The notes: generated by a model from the letters alone, not told the origin. Positions 1-10,019 are shown, numbered from the stretch's first letter. The stretch is DNA of 64,000 nucleotides from Longimicrobiales bacterium (GCA_965202805.1 OZ241869.1:2176001-2240000), one strand, 5' to 3'. Program-made: numbers and translations.

Positions 1-1400
1 TCAGGGGTGGCGAATCCGCTCTCGCCCCCGCCCACGGTCACCCATTCGGACCGCGAAATGGGCCCGCCGATGCCCCCGAAACCCCCGGTGCGGCTGTTGC
101 TGGGTCCACGGAAGGACGGCCCGTCCTGCCGGTTGCCGAGCACGTTGTACGGAATCGCGTTGTCCACCGTCACGTGGTACATCTGCCCGATGGGCAACTC
201 GGTGGCGTGCCACGACATGCCCCGGTTCATGGAGACCGAGACGTTCTGGTCGTTCGCGACGATCATGCGGTTCCCGTCCAGAGGATCGATCCACATGTCG
301 TGGAAGTCGCCGCCGGGCCGCTGCAGACCCTGGTGGTTGACGTAGGTGGCGCCCCCGTCCAGCGAGCGGGACAGCCCCGAGGTCTGGAAGTAGACCTCGT
401 CGGGGTCGTCCGGGCTGACGAAACAGTTGTTGTAATACGCGGTGCGTCCGCCCAGGTCGCGGGAGTGGTTCATCAGCTCCCACGTCGACCCTCCGTCGCG
501 CGAACGCCAGAACTCCCCGCTCTCGGTCTCGCGCCCGTGCCAGGGCACACCGTCGCCGGTCTCGATCAGCGCGTAGACCCGGTTGGGATCGGCGGGCGTC
601 AGGCAGAGGTCGGTCTTGCCCACCGGCAGCACCGGCAGGCCGTTGCCCTCGAGCTTCGTCCAGGTGTTGCCGCCGTCGTCCGAAAGGTAGATGCCGCTGC
701 CTTCTCCCCCGCTCTCACGTCCCCAGGTGTGCACCTCAACGGTCCACATCCCGGCGAAGAGTCGGCGCGGGTTGGAGGGGTCCATCTCGATGCTCGAAGC
801 CCCCGTGTTCTCGTCCACGAAGAGAACATGCTCCCAGCTCTCGCCCCCGTCCGTGGTGCGAAATACGCCGCGCGCCTGCTGCGGTCCGTGGGCGTGGCCC
901 AGCGCTCCGACGTATACGATGTCCGGATCGTGCGGATGGACGACGATGCGCGACATGCGCGTCGGCCCTCCCTCGCCCAGCCCCATGTGGCGCCAGGTCC
1001 TGCCCGCGTCGGTGGACTTGTAGACGCCGGTACCGAGCGAGACGTTCGAGCGAATGTGTGGTTCGCCGGTGCCCGCCCACACGATCGACGGATCCGACGG
1101 GGCCACGGCGAGCGCCCCGACCGAGTGATCCGTCTGGTCATCGAAGACGGGCTCCCAGTGCTCTCCGGCGTCGTTGGTCTTCCAGATGCCACCCGAGGCG
1201 GCGCCCGCGTAGTAGGTCAGGGGATCCCCGGCAACCCCGGCCACCGCCGCGAGTCGGTTGCCCACCGGCCCGATGTGCCGGTACCGGAGCTGCTGGTAGG
1301 CTTCGGGGGCGATCTCCTGCGCTCCGCCTGCGCTCGCGAGGCCGAGCATGGCCGCCACCAGGAAGAGTGAGCTCCGCGTCATGCCGGGGAACGTGTTCAT
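1..1400 (-). CDS. Secreted VPS10/sortilin-like (BNR/Asp-box) beta-propeller glycosyl hydrolase-like protein, runs off window start
   Basis: Not in the ORF track because it has no stop in the window. Manual translation gives MNTFPGMTRSSLFLVAAMLGLASAGGAQEIAPEAYQQLRYRHIGPVGNRLAAVAGVAGDPLTYYAGAASGGIWKTNDAGEHWEPVFD: a signal peptide followed by repeated S/TxDxGxTW Asp-boxes. GAGGAG SD lies upstream. Confidence 0.85.
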   Translation of the reverse strand, partial: MNTFPGMTRSSLFLVAAMLGLASAGGAQEIAPEAYQQLRYRHIGPVGNRLAAVAGVAGDPLTYYAGAASGGIWKTNDAGEHWEPVFDDQTDHSVGALAVAPSDPSIVWAGTGEPHIRSNVSLGTGVYKSTDAGRTWRHMGLGEGGPTRMSRIVVHPHDPDIVYVGALGHAHGPQQARGVFRTTDGGESWEHVLFVDENTGASSIEMDPSNPRRLFAGMWTVEVHTWGRESGGEGSGIYLSDDGGNTWTKLEGNGLPVLPVGKTDLCLTPADPNRVYALIETGDGVPWHGRETESGEFWRSRDGGSTWELMNHSRDLGGRTAYYNNCFVSPDDPDEVYFQTSGLSRSLDGGATYVNHQGLQRPGGDFHDMWIDPLDGNRMIVANDQNVSVSMNRGMSWHATELPIGQMYHVTVDNAIPYNVLGNRQDGPSFRGPSNSRTGGFGGIGGPISRSEWVTVGGGESGFATP

Positions 1401-1824
1401 CGTCATCTCCTCGATTCCGGAGGGAGCCGATTCCCGCGGACCGGGGAACCACTGCGGGAGGCCCACCTCGCCAGTGCCGGGAAGCCTCGTCAGGTTGTCC
1501 CTCAACGAGGCTCCGATCCGCACCATAGAGCCCGCGCCTTTCGCCTCGCAAGCGAGCCTGACCGAAGCTCGCCACGCACCGCGAACCGCGCTTGCGACGA
1601 CCACCCGTCCGGGTTAGTCTGAAGGACTGGTGGAAGTGTCTCCGGGGCTCACGGAAACCGAGGCTGAGGTCAACGTTTTCCGGGGGCTGGGGGTCATGTA
1701 ATGATGCGGGAGGGGTCCGGTGCGTCACGCTGAGGTGCTCGGCGCCGCCCCGGATGCCTGACTCGCGAAGGCTGTCTCGGGCGTTCACAGTTTCGTTCGC
1801 AGGACAAGGACGGGAGCAAGGGAT

Positions 1825-4266
1825 ATGAAGATCCTCAACCCTGGCGCTGTACTGGTCGGTGGCCTCCTTCTGACGGGAGCCGGAATCGGCACGAGTTCCG
1901 GCCCCACGGCACCCACCGGGGAAGCGGTTCCACTGCCGGACGCTGTGCACGCTTCCTCCGTACCCACGGAGGAACTGACCACCGTCGTGCGCACGTACTG
2001 CCAGGTTTGCCACAACGACGCGCTGCTGACCGGCAACGTCTCGTTTGCCGAATTCACCGTCGAGGGCGCTTCCGACAACGCCCAACTCGCGGAACGCATG
2101 ATCCGCAAGCTGCGGGCAGGCATGATGCCGCCTCCGGGCATGCCGAGGCCGGAACCCGAGGTCCTGCTTTCACTTGTCGAGACGCTGGAAGAGAACGTCG
2201 ATGAGGCATACCGGCGGCATCCCAATCCCGGTGTCCGGACCTTCCAGAGGCTGAACCGGGCCGAGTATTCGGCGGCCATCCGCGAACTGCTCGGCATCGA
2301 GGTCGACGCGGGCGTGTGGCTTCCGCTGGACCAGATGAGCGAGAACTTCGACAACATCGCCGACGTCCAGGCGCTCACCCCGACCCATCTCGACGCCTAC
2401 CTGAACGCCGCGAGCGAAGTGAGTCGCCTGGCGGTCGGAAGCCCGAACGTCGATCCCACCGACGCCACCTACAACACCTCCCCGTACGGCTCCCAGCACG
2501 CCTGGGAGTACGTCGAGGGCGCGCCCTACGGCACCCGCGGCGGGATCGTGGTGACCCACGACTTCCCGGCGGACGGCGAGTACATCCTCACCCCGGTGGT
2601 CGAGGGCGGACGCAGCGCCCGCTACGAGGACGTGGACATTTCCATCGACGGCGAGCCCATCGCCCTGCTGGCGGCCGGTCCCTTCCCGCGCGGAGGCGCC
2701 GACTTCCGCGGCGGTTCGCCCATCAAGACCAACCCGACCTTCATCCGCGCCGGACAGCGCACGGTGTCGGCCGCGTTCGTGCGGCGAATCGACGGGCCCT
2801 ACGACGACCTCATCAAGCCGCCGGAGTGGTCCCTGGCGGGCGGAGCCGGCGGGAGCCCGGGACAGACCACCCTGCCGCACCTGAAGAGCCTCATCATCAG
2901 CGGCCCGTACAACGTCACCAGCGTTTCCGAGACGGAGGCGCGCCGGCGCATCTTCACCTGCCGGCCCACCACCCCCGAGGGAGAGCGGCCCTGCGCCGAG
3001 CAGATCCTCGACCAGATCGGAAGCGCCGCCTACAGGCGTCCGCTGGACGAGCGCGACATGGCCGGGCTGATGGCGTTCTACGACGATGGCGCCGGTGACT
3101 CGGGCTTCGAGACGGGGGTGCGTCGGGCGCTCCAGGCCATCCTCGCGAGCCCCCACTTCATCTTCCGCATCGAGAGGCAGCCGGAAGACATCAAGGCGGG
3201 CGAGCGCTACGAAATCAGCGACCTGGCGCTGGCGACCCGCATGGCCGCGTTCCTCTGGGGCACCCAGCCCGACGCCGAGCTGATCGACCTCGCCGAGCGC
3301 GGAAGGCTCCAGAACGACAGGGAACTGGAGAGACAGACCCGGCGGATGCTGGCCGATCCCAAGGCCGAGGCGCTCGGACCGCGCTTTGCGGCCCAGTGGT
3401 TCCGGCTGCAGGACCTCGACAAGGTGCACCCGGACTCCTACTGGTTCCCGAACTACAGCCAGCAGCTGGCCGACGCCATGCGCACCGAGACGGAGATGTT
3501 CTTCAACAGCCTCGTGCGCGACGACCGCAGCGTTCTGGACCTCTATACCGCCGATTACACCTACGTGAACGAACGGCTGGCCAGGCACTACGGCATTCCG
3601 GGCGTGCTGGGCGACGAGTTCCGACGTGTGGAGTACCCCGACAGCCGTCGCGGCGGCGTCATGGGACAGGGATCCATCCTGGTCCTCACCTCGATGGGCA
3701 CGCGTACCTCTCCGGTACTGCGCGGCAAGTGGGTGATGGAGGTGCTGCTGGGCACGCCTCCGCCACCGCCTCCGCCCGATGTCCCGGCGCTCGAGGAGAC
3801 CGAGGGTGCCACGGACGGACGCTTCCTGACCACGCGGGAGCGCATGGAGATCCACCGGGCCAACCCCACCTGCCACGCCTGCCATCAGTTCATGGACCCG
3901 ATCGGGCTCGCGCTCGACAACTTCGACGTGACCGGAAAGTGGCGCATCCGTGAGAACAACATGGCGCTCGACACCCGCGGCAACCTTTACGACGGCACGC
4001 CGTTGACGGCGCCCGAAGACCTCAGGGACGCGCTCATGCAGCGGCCCATCCCGCTGGTGCGGACATTCACCACCAACCTTCTGGCGTATGCCCTCGGTCG
4101 GCGCGTAGAATACCACGATCAACCCACTGTGCGGATGATCGCGCGGGAGGGTGAAGAGGATGACTACCGCATTTCGTCCTTCATCATCAACGTGGTCAAG
4201 AGCGACCCGTTCCGGATGAGGATGGCGGACGTGGTGGCCGAAGAAGAGATGGAGACCGAACGATAA
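1825..4266 (+). CDS. DUF1592/1588/1587/1595/1585 (PSD/PSCyt-type) di-haem c protein, copy 1
   Basis: Signal peptide, CQVCH, RAGMMPP, RLNRAEY, RTSPVLRGKWV, poly-Pro, CHACHQFMDPIG, YALGR. Confidence 0.9.
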   Translation: MKILNPGAVLVGGLLLTGAGIGTSSGPTAPTGEAVPLPDAVHASSVPTEELTTVVRTYCQVCHNDALLTGNVSFAEFTVEGASDNAQLAERMIRKLRAGMMPPPGMPRPEPEVLLSLVETLEENVDEAYRRHPNPGVRTFQRLNRAEYSAAIRELLGIEVDAGVWLPLDQMSENFDNIADVQALTPTHLDAYLNAASEVSRLAVGSPNVDPTDATYNTSPYGSQHAWEYVEGAPYGTRGGIVVTHDFPADGEYILTPVVEGGRSARYEDVDISIDGEPIALLAAGPFPRGGADFRGGSPIKTNPTFIRAGQRTVSAAFVRRIDGPYDDLIKPPEWSLAGGAGGSPGQTTLPHLKSLIISGPYNVTSVSETEARRRIFTCRPTTPEGERPCAEQILDQIGSAAYRRPLDERDMAGLMAFYDDGAGDSGFETGVRRALQAILASPHFIFRIERQPEDIKAGERYEISDLALATRMAAFLWGTQPDAELIDLAERGRLQNDRELERQTRRMLADPKAEALGPRFAAQWFRLQDLDKVHPDSYWFPNYSQQLADAMRTETEMFFNSLVRDDRSVLDLYTADYTYVNERLARHYGIPGVLGDEFRRVEYPDSRRGGVMGQGSILVLTSMGTRTSPVLRGKWVMEVLLGTPPPPPPPDVPALEETEGATDGRFLTTRERMEIHRANPTCHACHQFMDPIGLALDNFDVTGKWRIRENNMALDTRGNLYDGTPLTAPEDLRDALMQRPIPLVRTFTTNLLAYALGRRVEYHDQPTVRMIAREGEEDDYRISSFIINVVKSDPFRMRMADVVAEEEMETER

Positions 4267-4335
4267 CAGGCGCTTTCCCCTGGGTCAGCGCATGATGGAA
4301 ACCGGGTTGTAACTCCCTGCTTCAGGAGATCTGAA

Positions 4336-5766
4336 ATGCAATTCATCACCGGCAAGCACATCGCCCGTCGCACCTTCCTGCGGGGGATGGGCGCAACAGT
4401 AGCGCTTCCACTGCTCGATTCGATGCTGCCCGCGGCGAGTCCGTGGGCGAGCCGGAAGCTCGCGGAAGGGAAGACGCGTCTTCTCGCGATCGAGGTCGTG
4501 CATGGCGCTGCCGGAAGCGTCGACTGGGGCGCGAAGCAGTTCCTGTGGGCTCCCGAGAAGATCGGACGCGACTTCGAGTTCGTGGCCCAGAGCGCGCTTA
4601 CGCCGCTCGAGGACTGGCGGAAGTACCTCACGATCGTGAGCAACACCGACGTTCGCATGGCGGAGGCCTTTACCGGGCCCGAGATCGGCGGTGACCACTT
4701 CCGCTCCAGCGCCACCTTCCTCACCCAGCAGCACCCGAAGCAGACCCAGAGTTCCGATCTCTACGTCGGCACCTCGCTCGACCAGATGTTCGCGGGCCGC
4801 TTCGGGCAGGACACTCCGCTGCCGTCCATGCAGCTGTGCATCGAGGATCTCGATCAGGCCGGCGGGTGCACGTACAACTACTCGTGCGCCTACACCGACT
4901 CGATCAGCTGGGCCGCGCCCAACGAGCCGCTGCCGATGATCCGCGATCCGCGCACCGCCTTCGACCTGCTCTTCGGTGCCGGCGGCACCCCGGAAGAGCG
5001 CCAGGCGCGCCGGCGTGAGAACGCGAGCATCCTCGACTGGATCGTGGGTGAGGTGGCTCACCTGAGGCGCGAGCTGGGCGCCACCGACCGCCGCCGCATG
5101 GACCAGTACCTGGACAACGTGCGCGAGATCGAGCGCCGCATTCAGATGGTCGAGGCGCAGAACTCGAGCGGCGAGCAGCGCGAGCTGCCCGAGGCGCCTG
5201 CGGGCGTGCCGGATTCCTTCACCGAGCACATGCAGATGATGTTCGACCTGCAGGTGCTGGCGCTGCAGTCCGACATGACACGCGTCTTCTCCTTCAAGAC
5301 CGGGCGCGACGCGTCGAACCGGATCTATCCGGAGAGCGGCACCGACAAGCCGTTCCACCCGACTTCGCACCACGGCAACAACGAGGAGACCATCCTCGAC
5401 TTCAACACCATCAACAAGTTCTACGTGGGCCTGCTGCCGTACCTGCTCGAGAAGCTGCACAACAGCCAGGACGGCGAATCGAGCCTGCTCGACCAGACCA
5501 TGATCATCTACGGGTCGCCCATGGGAGACCCGAACATCCACAACCACCGCCGGTGCCCGCTGTTGCTGCTGGGTGGCGCCAATGGCCAGCTCGCAGGCGA
5601 CATGCACCTGAAGGCGCCGGACGGTACCCCGATGGCCAACGTCTTCCTGAACGTGATGCACAAGCTCGGTTTCGACGGCATGTCCAGCTTCGGCGACAGC
5701 ACGGGCGAGTTCAACGTGCCGAGTTCGGTGTTGACCGCGGTCGAAGAGGCAAGTCAGTCACGCTAA
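4336..5766 (+). CDS. DUF1552 (HXXSHH) family Tat-exported protein, copy 1
   Basis: RRTFLRG twin-arginine motif, LPLLDSM, HPTSHH; AGGAG SD. Confidence 0.9.
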   Translation: MQFITGKHIARRTFLRGMGATVALPLLDSMLPAASPWASRKLAEGKTRLLAIEVVHGAAGSVDWGAKQFLWAPEKIGRDFEFVAQSALTPLEDWRKYLTIVSNTDVRMAEAFTGPEIGGDHFRSSATFLTQQHPKQTQSSDLYVGTSLDQMFAGRFGQDTPLPSMQLCIEDLDQAGGCTYNYSCAYTDSISWAAPNEPLPMIRDPRTAFDLLFGAGGTPEERQARRRENASILDWIVGEVAHLRRELGATDRRRMDQYLDNVREIERRIQMVEAQNSSGEQRELPEAPAGVPDSFTEHMQMMFDLQVLALQSDMTRVFSFKTGRDASNRIYPESGTDKPFHPTSHHGNNEETILDFNTINKFYVGLLPYLLEKLHNSQDGESSLLDQTMIIYGSPMGDPNIHNHRRCPLLLLGGANGQLAGDMHLKAPDGTPMANVFLNVMHKLGFDGMSSFGDSTGEFNVPSSVLTAVEEASQSR

Positions 5767-5782
5767 GCCGGGGACGGTCAGC

Positions 5783-7573
5783 ATGAAGAAGAGATTGCAC
5801 GTACACGCGCTGGCGGCGCTCGCCGTCAGCATGCTGCTCACGTCGGCCGCCGCGCCCGACTCGCCCCTGGCGGACGCCGCCATGAAGGGCGACGCCGCGT
5901 CGGTGCGGACCCTGCTGGCGACCGGGGCGGATGTGAATGCCGCGCGCGGGGACGGCATGACCGCCCTGCACTGGGCAGCCGAAACCGGCAACGCCGAGAT
6001 CGCCGAGATCCTGGTCAACGCGGGGGCGATCCTCGAGGTAACCACCCGTCTGGGTGCCTACACGCCGCTCCACGTGGCAGGCAGGAAGGGCGCCGCGGAG
6101 GTCATTCGCGTGCTGTTGGATGCCGGTGCTGACCCGGGCACGGTGGCAGCCACCGGCTCCACGCCTCTGCACCTCGTGGCGGGTGCGGGTAGTGCTGCCG
6201 GCGCGAAACATCTGCTCGACGCCGGCGCCGACATCGACGCGCGCGCGGGCGATGCCCGGCAGACGCCCCTCATGTTTGCGGCAGCCGCTGACCGCGCGGA
6301 CGTCGTGACGCTCCTCATGGAGGCAGGCGCGGACCCGAACATCACGACCACGCTTATGGAGGCGGCGACGAGGTCGGCGGTGGACAACTACGCGGGCGAG
6401 CGCATGCAGGAGGTGCTCGACGCCTTCAAGGGGGACGGAAACGAACTGCCGACTCCCGCCCAGATCCAGGCCGCCCTGGAGGTTGCGCGGGCCGTGCAGC
6501 GCGCCGGCGTGGTGCCGGAGAAGGACGAAGATGAGGAGGATGACCCCAGGGCCTTCTTCCGCCAGCCACCCGACGAGAAGTGGGGGAGCCTGACCGCGCT
6601 GCACCACGCAGCCCGTGAGGGTGCCATCGACGCGGCGACTGCGTTGCTGGACGGTGGCGCCGACATCGACTTCGTTACCGAGTCCGACAACACCAGCCCG
6701 CTCACGATGGCTGTCATCAACGGTCGCTTCGACCTGGCCATGAAGCTGCTGGAACGGGGGGCCGATCCCAATCTGGCCACGGTCGACGGCGTAGCGCCGC
6801 TCTACGCCACCTTCAACGTCCAGTGGTCGCCGCGGTCACGCTACCCGCAGCCGCGCGCCCACGAGCAGCAGGAAACGGTCTATCTCGACTTGGCAATGGC
6901 GCTGCTCGATGCCGGTGCGGAAGTGAACTTCCAGGTCACGAAGAACTTCTGGTACTTCACCTACAGCGGTTGCGGCAACGGCAACTGCGGGCTTGAGAAC
7001 CAGGACGGCGTGACACCCTTCTGGCGTGCCTCCCGGGCTCTCGACATCGATGGCATGAAGCTGCTGCGCTCATGGGGCGCGGACTGGAACATCGCCACCG
7101 CCAAGCAGCCCGAGCGCCGCCGGGGCCGCAACCCGCGCACGGGCGACACCGAAGATGAGGAACAGGTCGATCCTTCAGGACTGCCGCCGGTTCCGGTCGG
7201 CGGACCCGCGGTGTTCCCCATCCACGCAGCGTCGGGCGTCGGCTACGGCGAAGGCTTCGCCGGCAACGCCCACACCCACATCCCGGGCAACTGGATCGCG
7301 GCGGTCGAGTACCTGCTCGAGCTGGGGGCCGACATCAACCAGCGTGACGCCAACGGATACACCCCGCTGCACCACGCGGCCGCGCGCGGGGACACCGAGA
7401 TGATCCAGTGGCTGGTGGACCATGGCGCCGACGTCATGGTGGTGAGCCGCAAGGGGCAGACCACGGTCGACATGGCCAACGGTCCGGTCTCCCGCGTAAC
7501 TCCGTATCCGGAGGCGATCGCCCTGCTGGAGAGCATGGGCGCGATCAACAACCACAACTGCATCTCCTGCTAG
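5783..7573 (+). CDS. Secreted ankyrin-repeat protein with C-terminal CxxC, copy 1
   Basis: Signal peptide, many (G)xTPLHxAA...GADxN repeats, ends NNHNCISC. Confidence 0.9.
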   Translation: MKKRLHVHALAALAVSMLLTSAAAPDSPLADAAMKGDAASVRTLLATGADVNAARGDGMTALHWAAETGNAEIAEILVNAGAILEVTTRLGAYTPLHVAGRKGAAEVIRVLLDAGADPGTVAATGSTPLHLVAGAGSAAGAKHLLDAGADIDARAGDARQTPLMFAAAADRADVVTLLMEAGADPNITTTLMEAATRSAVDNYAGERMQEVLDAFKGDGNELPTPAQIQAALEVARAVQRAGVVPEKDEDEEDDPRAFFRQPPDEKWGSLTALHHAAREGAIDAATALLDGGADIDFVTESDNTSPLTMAVINGRFDLAMKLLERGADPNLATVDGVAPLYATFNVQWSPRSRYPQPRAHEQQETVYLDLAMALLDAGAEVNFQVTKNFWYFTYSGCGNGNCGLENQDGVTPFWRASRALDIDGMKLLRSWGADWNIATAKQPERRRGRNPRTGDTEDEEQVDPSGLPPVPVGGPAVFPIHAASGVGYGEGFAGNAHTHIPGNWIAAVEYLLELGADINQRDANGYTPLHHAAARGDTEMIQWLVDHGADVMVVSRKGQTTVDMANGPVSRVTPYPEAIALLESMGAINNHNCISC

Positions 7574-7617
7574 GAGACGCGTAGAAGCGATCTGCGCGTC
7601 CCTGGGGGCGGCGCAGC

Positions 7618-7654
7618 GAAAACGCCCGCGGCCATTTCGGTCGCGGGCGTTTTC
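7618..7654. terminator. Bidirectional intrinsic terminator
   Basis: GAAAACGCCCGCGGCC-loop-GGTCGCGGGCGTTTTC between convergent genes. Confidence 0.8.
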
Positions 7655-7725
7655 ACGTCCGTGATGTGTGCGCCTGCTGAAAGGGTGGGTCCGCCTGCGG
7701 AAGATCGTCTGCGGGCAACCCGCCC

Positions 7726-8277
7726 CTAGCCTCCCCCGCCCCTCATGGTCGTAACTTCGATCAGCCCGTTAGGGAAGCCCGTTCCCCAGCGCATGGTGGC
7801 GTCGGCGGCGCTGTGGAAGCGAACCGACTGGACCTGGTCGGGGCGCAGGGAGTCCAGGATCCCCCAGTCCTGCGGAGCTCCGCCATCCACGACGACGGGC
7901 ACCCGCCGGTCACCCCCGAACTCGATGCTGGGCGCGCCGCGCACGTTCATCCAGCGGGGCCGCAACTGACGGATGGCGTCGGCGAGCATCATGGTGGAGT
8001 AGTTTGCGAACTCCTCGGCCACGATCACGCTCGGGTCGCGCCGGACGTTGCGGTCGCACAAGTGGTCGAGTTCCTCCGCCGACAGCACGCCGGCCTCCTC
8101 CGCGCCCGGTGCGTCGGCCGCCGGGCCGCCTTCCGCGCACACCTGGGCCAACTGATCGCCGGTGAGGGTTGCCCGCAGCTCCCGCACGGCGGGAGTGTCG
8201 CCCGGGCTGCTGACACACGCTGAAGCGAGGAGGATGAGGGGGAGCCCCGCTACGGGTTTCGGGGAGGTGAGTCGCAT
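7726..8277 (-). CDS. Small lipoprotein with TonB-receptor plug-like C-terminal domain
   Basis: GGAGG SD, lipobox LASAC, VVVDG...LDSLRPDQVQSVRF...ATMRWG...GLIEVTT. Confidence 0.65.
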   Translation of the reverse strand: MRLTSPKPVAGLPLILLASACVSSPGDTPAVRELRATLTGDQLAQVCAEGGPAADAPGAEEAGVLSAEELDHLCDRNVRRDPSVIVAEEFANYSTMMLADAIRQLRPRWMNVRGAPSIEFGGDRRVPVVVDGGAPQDWGILDSLRPDQVQSVRFHSAADATMRWGTGFPNGLIEVTTMRGGGG

Positions 8278-8447
8278 GGTCCTGCCTCCATCAAGGGTTC
8301 GGGTACACGGGTCCATCATCCGCGAGATGCGCTGGGGAGACCAAGCCCCGTGGCCGCCAGGGCGGGCGTGCCGGTCTCCCGTACTACTGTTGCGTCGCGG
8401 TCAGAGGTCCGCGCGCACCCGACCCTCGAGCCGACGGCCAGAGGCCG

Positions 8448-8918
8448 CTACCCCGTGGCGCGCGCTCTGAATGGCCGATGGCATCCGCCGCAGGTACGCC
8501 CGAAGCCCCTGGCTGCTTCCCCCACGGCCGCCACGTCGCCCCCCCGGGCCGCTTCAGCCAGCGCGTCGGCAGCGCTCTGGAAAGCCGAGAGAGCCTCTCC
8601 GAAGCCGGTGGCGTCCTCCCAGATGTCGGGAAGCGCGCGTGAGCCGTCGCCATGGGATCCCTCGGGGAAGATGTCGGAGGCCATCACCGACAACTGCTGC
8701 AGCGAGAGCGCGTGCCCGAGCACATGGCCCTCGTGGGGCACGTCCTCGTTCAGGATGGCGGTGAGAGCGCCCCGGTGCGCGTTGAGGCTGTTCATGATGG
8801 TCTGGCGGTACTCCATGACCGGGGTTGGGTCCTGGGCAGCCGCTTCGGCGGGGGCGAGTCCGGCGATGATGCAAGCGGCGAGAGCGGTGCGGGTTACGAC
8901 TGCGTACGAGCGGGCCAC
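8448..8918 (-). CDS. Cytochrome c' (class II cytochrome c)
   Basis: GGAGGA SD with GTG start, signal peptide, YRQTIM, FPEGS, SRALPDIWED, C-terminal TCGGCHRPFR. Confidence 0.9.
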   Translation of the reverse strand: MARSYAVVTRTALAACIIAGLAPAEAAAQDPTPVMEYRQTIMNSLNAHRGALTAILNEDVPHEGHVLGHALSLQQLSVMASDIFPEGSHGDGSRALPDIWEDATGFGEALSAFQSAADALAEAARGGDVAAVGEAARGFGRTCGGCHRPFRARATG

Positions 8919-9199
8919 GGCGTTTCCTCCTCCCCGAAGAATGAGACCCGGAGGCACCCGTGAAGCGACCATCCGGGCGGGTTCGAGCGCGTTGTCACGA
9001 AACCCTAGATAGATCGCCGGGGGGCGTCGGCGCAAGGGAGGATGGCGCGCCGACCCGGGCACAGAAGCGTACGTCGCCGCAGCGAAGCGGATGCTCGCAG
9101 GATGGGTGGTAGGCGACCAAGGGCAAACCGGTCAGCCGGCGACGTCGCCGGCGCTGCTCCAACGGTCCTGTGGTGCTGGTCGGGTTCGGGCCGCCCGAA

Positions 9200-9901
9200 C
9201 TACCGGTCCATGCCCGATGTCTCATCCGCTGCAACGCTGCCGTCCAGATACCCGCCGAAGGTCTCGTCGAACGCTCCCGGGAAGAACTCGCCGGTCACGA
9301 TCGACGCCTGCGTGGGGTCACCGTCCACCACCACGATGTTCAGGGGCGTGCCCCACTTTCGCGGATCGAGGAGCGCCTTGCGCATGCGGAAGTGCGATGT
9401 CGTGACGCGCACCAGGTCCTCGTCGTCGGGATCCGGATTGGGGCTGCCAAGGATGACCGGATACTCGATGCCGAACTCGTCGACGTAGTCGTCAACCACG
9501 TCGGGATGCGAGTATTCGCTGCGGCCGACGATCATCAGACCATCATCCCGGTGCGCACCGTACTTCGCCACCAGGTCGGGGGCCTCGTACCGGCAGTTGG
9601 CGCACCACTCGGCGAAATAGGTCAGGAGGGTGACGCGATTGTCGCGCACCAAGTCATCGAGGGCGATCTCCTCTCCGTCCCTGGAGGTGCCGGAGAAATC
9701 ACGGCGCAGGACTTCCCAGGGCACCAGGTAGTCGCCGCCCGCCCCGGCCACCTCCGCGGTCAGGTCGATCGCGACCACAGGCGAGTATTCGTGCGGGTGG
9801 GGTGCCGCCGCCTCTTCCGCGGGAGCCGCCGGGTTCATCACCAGCCACCCGCCGCCGGCCACCACCAGCAGCGCTACTGCCGAAACGATCCATCTGGTCA
9901 T
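9200..9901 (-). CDS. TlpA/ResA-like thioredoxin-fold redoxin, membrane-anchored or exported
   Basis: N-terminal hydrophobic segment, FAEWCANCRYEAP, GTP cis-Pro loop; GGAGG SD. Confidence 0.85.
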   Translation of the reverse strand: MTRWIVSAVALLVVAGGGWLVMNPAAPAEEAAAPHPHEYSPVVAIDLTAEVAGAGGDYLVPWEVLRRDFSGTSRDGEEIALDDLVRDNRVTLLTYFAEWCANCRYEAPDLVAKYGAHRDDGLMIVGRSEYSHPDVVDDYVDEFGIEYPVILGSPNPDPDDEDLVRVTTSHFRMRKALLDPRKWGTPLNIVVVDGDPTQASIVTGEFFPGAFDETFGGYLDGSVAADETSGMDR

Positions 9902-9949
9902 CGGATTCTGCCTCCATCAGGGATTGCCTGAGTTGTTCTCGGCGAGGGG

Positions 9950-9986
9950 AAACAAAAACGCCCGCCAGCCGGGTCGCTGGTCGGGC
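9950..9986 (-). terminator. Intrinsic terminator (putative attenuator) in the leader of the redoxin gene
   Basis: Minus strand reads GCCCGACCAGC-GACCCG-GCTGGCGGGC-GTTTTTGTTT, ending about 50 nt before the redoxin ATG. Confidence 0.75.
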
Positions 9987-10019
9987 CTCCGAGCATCCTC
10001 TGCTGAATCAGAGAGGGAG

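Noticed and set aside
1425..1515. Cobalamin riboswitch-like fragments (GGGAA, CCACTG, GGGAAG) upstream of module 1
   Set aside because: The order and spacing do not fit the B12 consensus and there is no recognisable B12 box. An Rfam scan would settle it.
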